A DNA stretch of 64,000 nucleotides, taken from assembly GCF_964355755.1 (NCBI RefSeq), contig NC_092679.1, positions 6,602,201-6,666,200 on the forward strand, read 5' to 3'. Origin of the DNA: Antedon mediterranea (lineage: Eukaryota; Animalia; Echinodermata). Positions 62,587-64,000 of the stretch are shown here, piece after piece. The notes under the pieces were generated by a model. It did no database searches. It was not told the DNA's origin and worked only from the letters and a program-made list of their open reading frames with translations. The number at the start of each line of letters is the position of its first letter. The first letter of the stretch is position 1. The position numbers were made by a program, and so were the translations under genes.

Positions 62587-64000
62587 GCATTAGTTTTTTT
62601 CAAGTAAAAAAACGTTACACACAAACTATTCAATAAAAAAATATTTTCAAACATAAATGTTACTGAGTAATTCGATTTGGCATTGGCTCGTTTAACAATA
62701 CAAGGGTGACCTTTGACTTTATTATTGCCTTCCTTTTTTAAGTGATCCACAGTTCCTATGGAACATTCGTGGAAAGAAGAACTGACATTTTATTTGGGAC
62801 GTCATTGTTAAACAGGTTAGTGTTATATAACTTACATGGGACAGAGAGTTAACTCCTTACATGGGTGTGACAGGGTGCGGTTGTAAATGTCATCTTTTAT
62901 TCGCTGTAGTTTTAAACAGCCAGTTGCGATAAGATAATAAATCACAGTCCTACACCAGTGCTAATTTAAATTTGTTCTATAAGGTATTTATTTAATTTTT
63001 CTAATTTTAATGTAAAGTTCATGGAAATATAACTCTAATGATAGTTGTTGTATCGTAGCCATTTAGTAACGATATTTTCGCTTTCGTAAAAGCATGTTTG
63101 TATAATTCACGAAATTGTTTTTATTAGTTTTTTTATATTGTGTAATGCTCTCAGATTATTATCATTACATTGGTTGTTTCGATTGGTCGATCTGAAACCT
63201 ATAAGTAAGAAAATAATAAGTAGGATATTATCATTCATGCTTTGTACATTACCTGATGAGAGTGGCCAGCTTTGCCAATTTGTTATTTATATGTGTTATG
63301 ATGAAAATAAGATATATATAATAGTACTGTAAAAGCAATATTACTTTCCATGAAAAACATCTAAGATCCAGATCCATATATAACAAACATGCACCGAAGA
63401 GGATTCAAGCAATGTGCTGTATTCTAACTAATAACATAGGCCTACAGTGTTTCAAGTACCGTGTGTCATAGAGTAATACTCTATAAAACTATGTAAGTGT
63501 TTCAAAACAATGTATTCGATCTCATATATTAATAGACGAAGTTTCTACTGACACTAATTTAAAATTGTGATGCGCCCAAATATGGTAGTGATATGACATC
63601 ATCATGTCCATATATGGACACATCACTTGTCACATAAAGTTTGATAGTGTAGACAGCTAGCTTTTGTAAATCAATACAACTCAACAAAACAGGCGTTATG
63701 TCAGGGGTTGGTGGTGTTATCATATTCATGTTTTTGTGTTGATTACAGGATGATAAAATATTAATAAATAAACAAAATCATAACAAAAATTCAATCTGTA
63801 ACCCTATTAGTACACACATGACACGTGATCTTTACCTCTATCACGTCATTTCCAACACTTTAAAGAAACTGCGAAAAACTGAAAAAAAAACTTGTATAGA
63901 ACCTATGATTAATAACGTTACATTAAAGGGAACTACTTTGGTACACTTAGGCCATTATACTATATTTCCGCTTTAATCCGGATGGGCATGGTTGTCAAGA

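Overview
AT-rich, intron-containing animal genomic DNA. It looks like a marine invertebrate, possibly an echinoderm (taxon is inference only). Splicing by hand gives six complete protein-coding genes and one partial one. In order: the 3' end of an EGF-TM-tail membrane protein (+), WDR74 (+), an SLC46/PCFT-like MFS transporter (-), stonin (+), GLRX5 (-), an uncharacterised ankyrin-repeat + GH20-fold protein whose catalytic Asp-Glu pair appears lost (+), and DRC7/CCDC135 (-). Also present: a ~6.4 kb satellite built from nested palindromes (89-bp hairpin monomers, ~1.12 kb higher-order repeat) between two convergent genes, three damaged tRNA-Glu(TTC) copies, and many MITEs, SINEs, Helentron-like elements and a LINE fragment. 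The most notable observations are (1) the cytosolic ankyrin-GH20 pseudoenzyme, (2) four unrelated tandem repeats that each start at and multiply a 5' splice site, and (3) the hairpin satellite. Exon coordinates were read by eye and are not validated by transcripts. Most short ORFs in the supplied track are spurious or run into introns.
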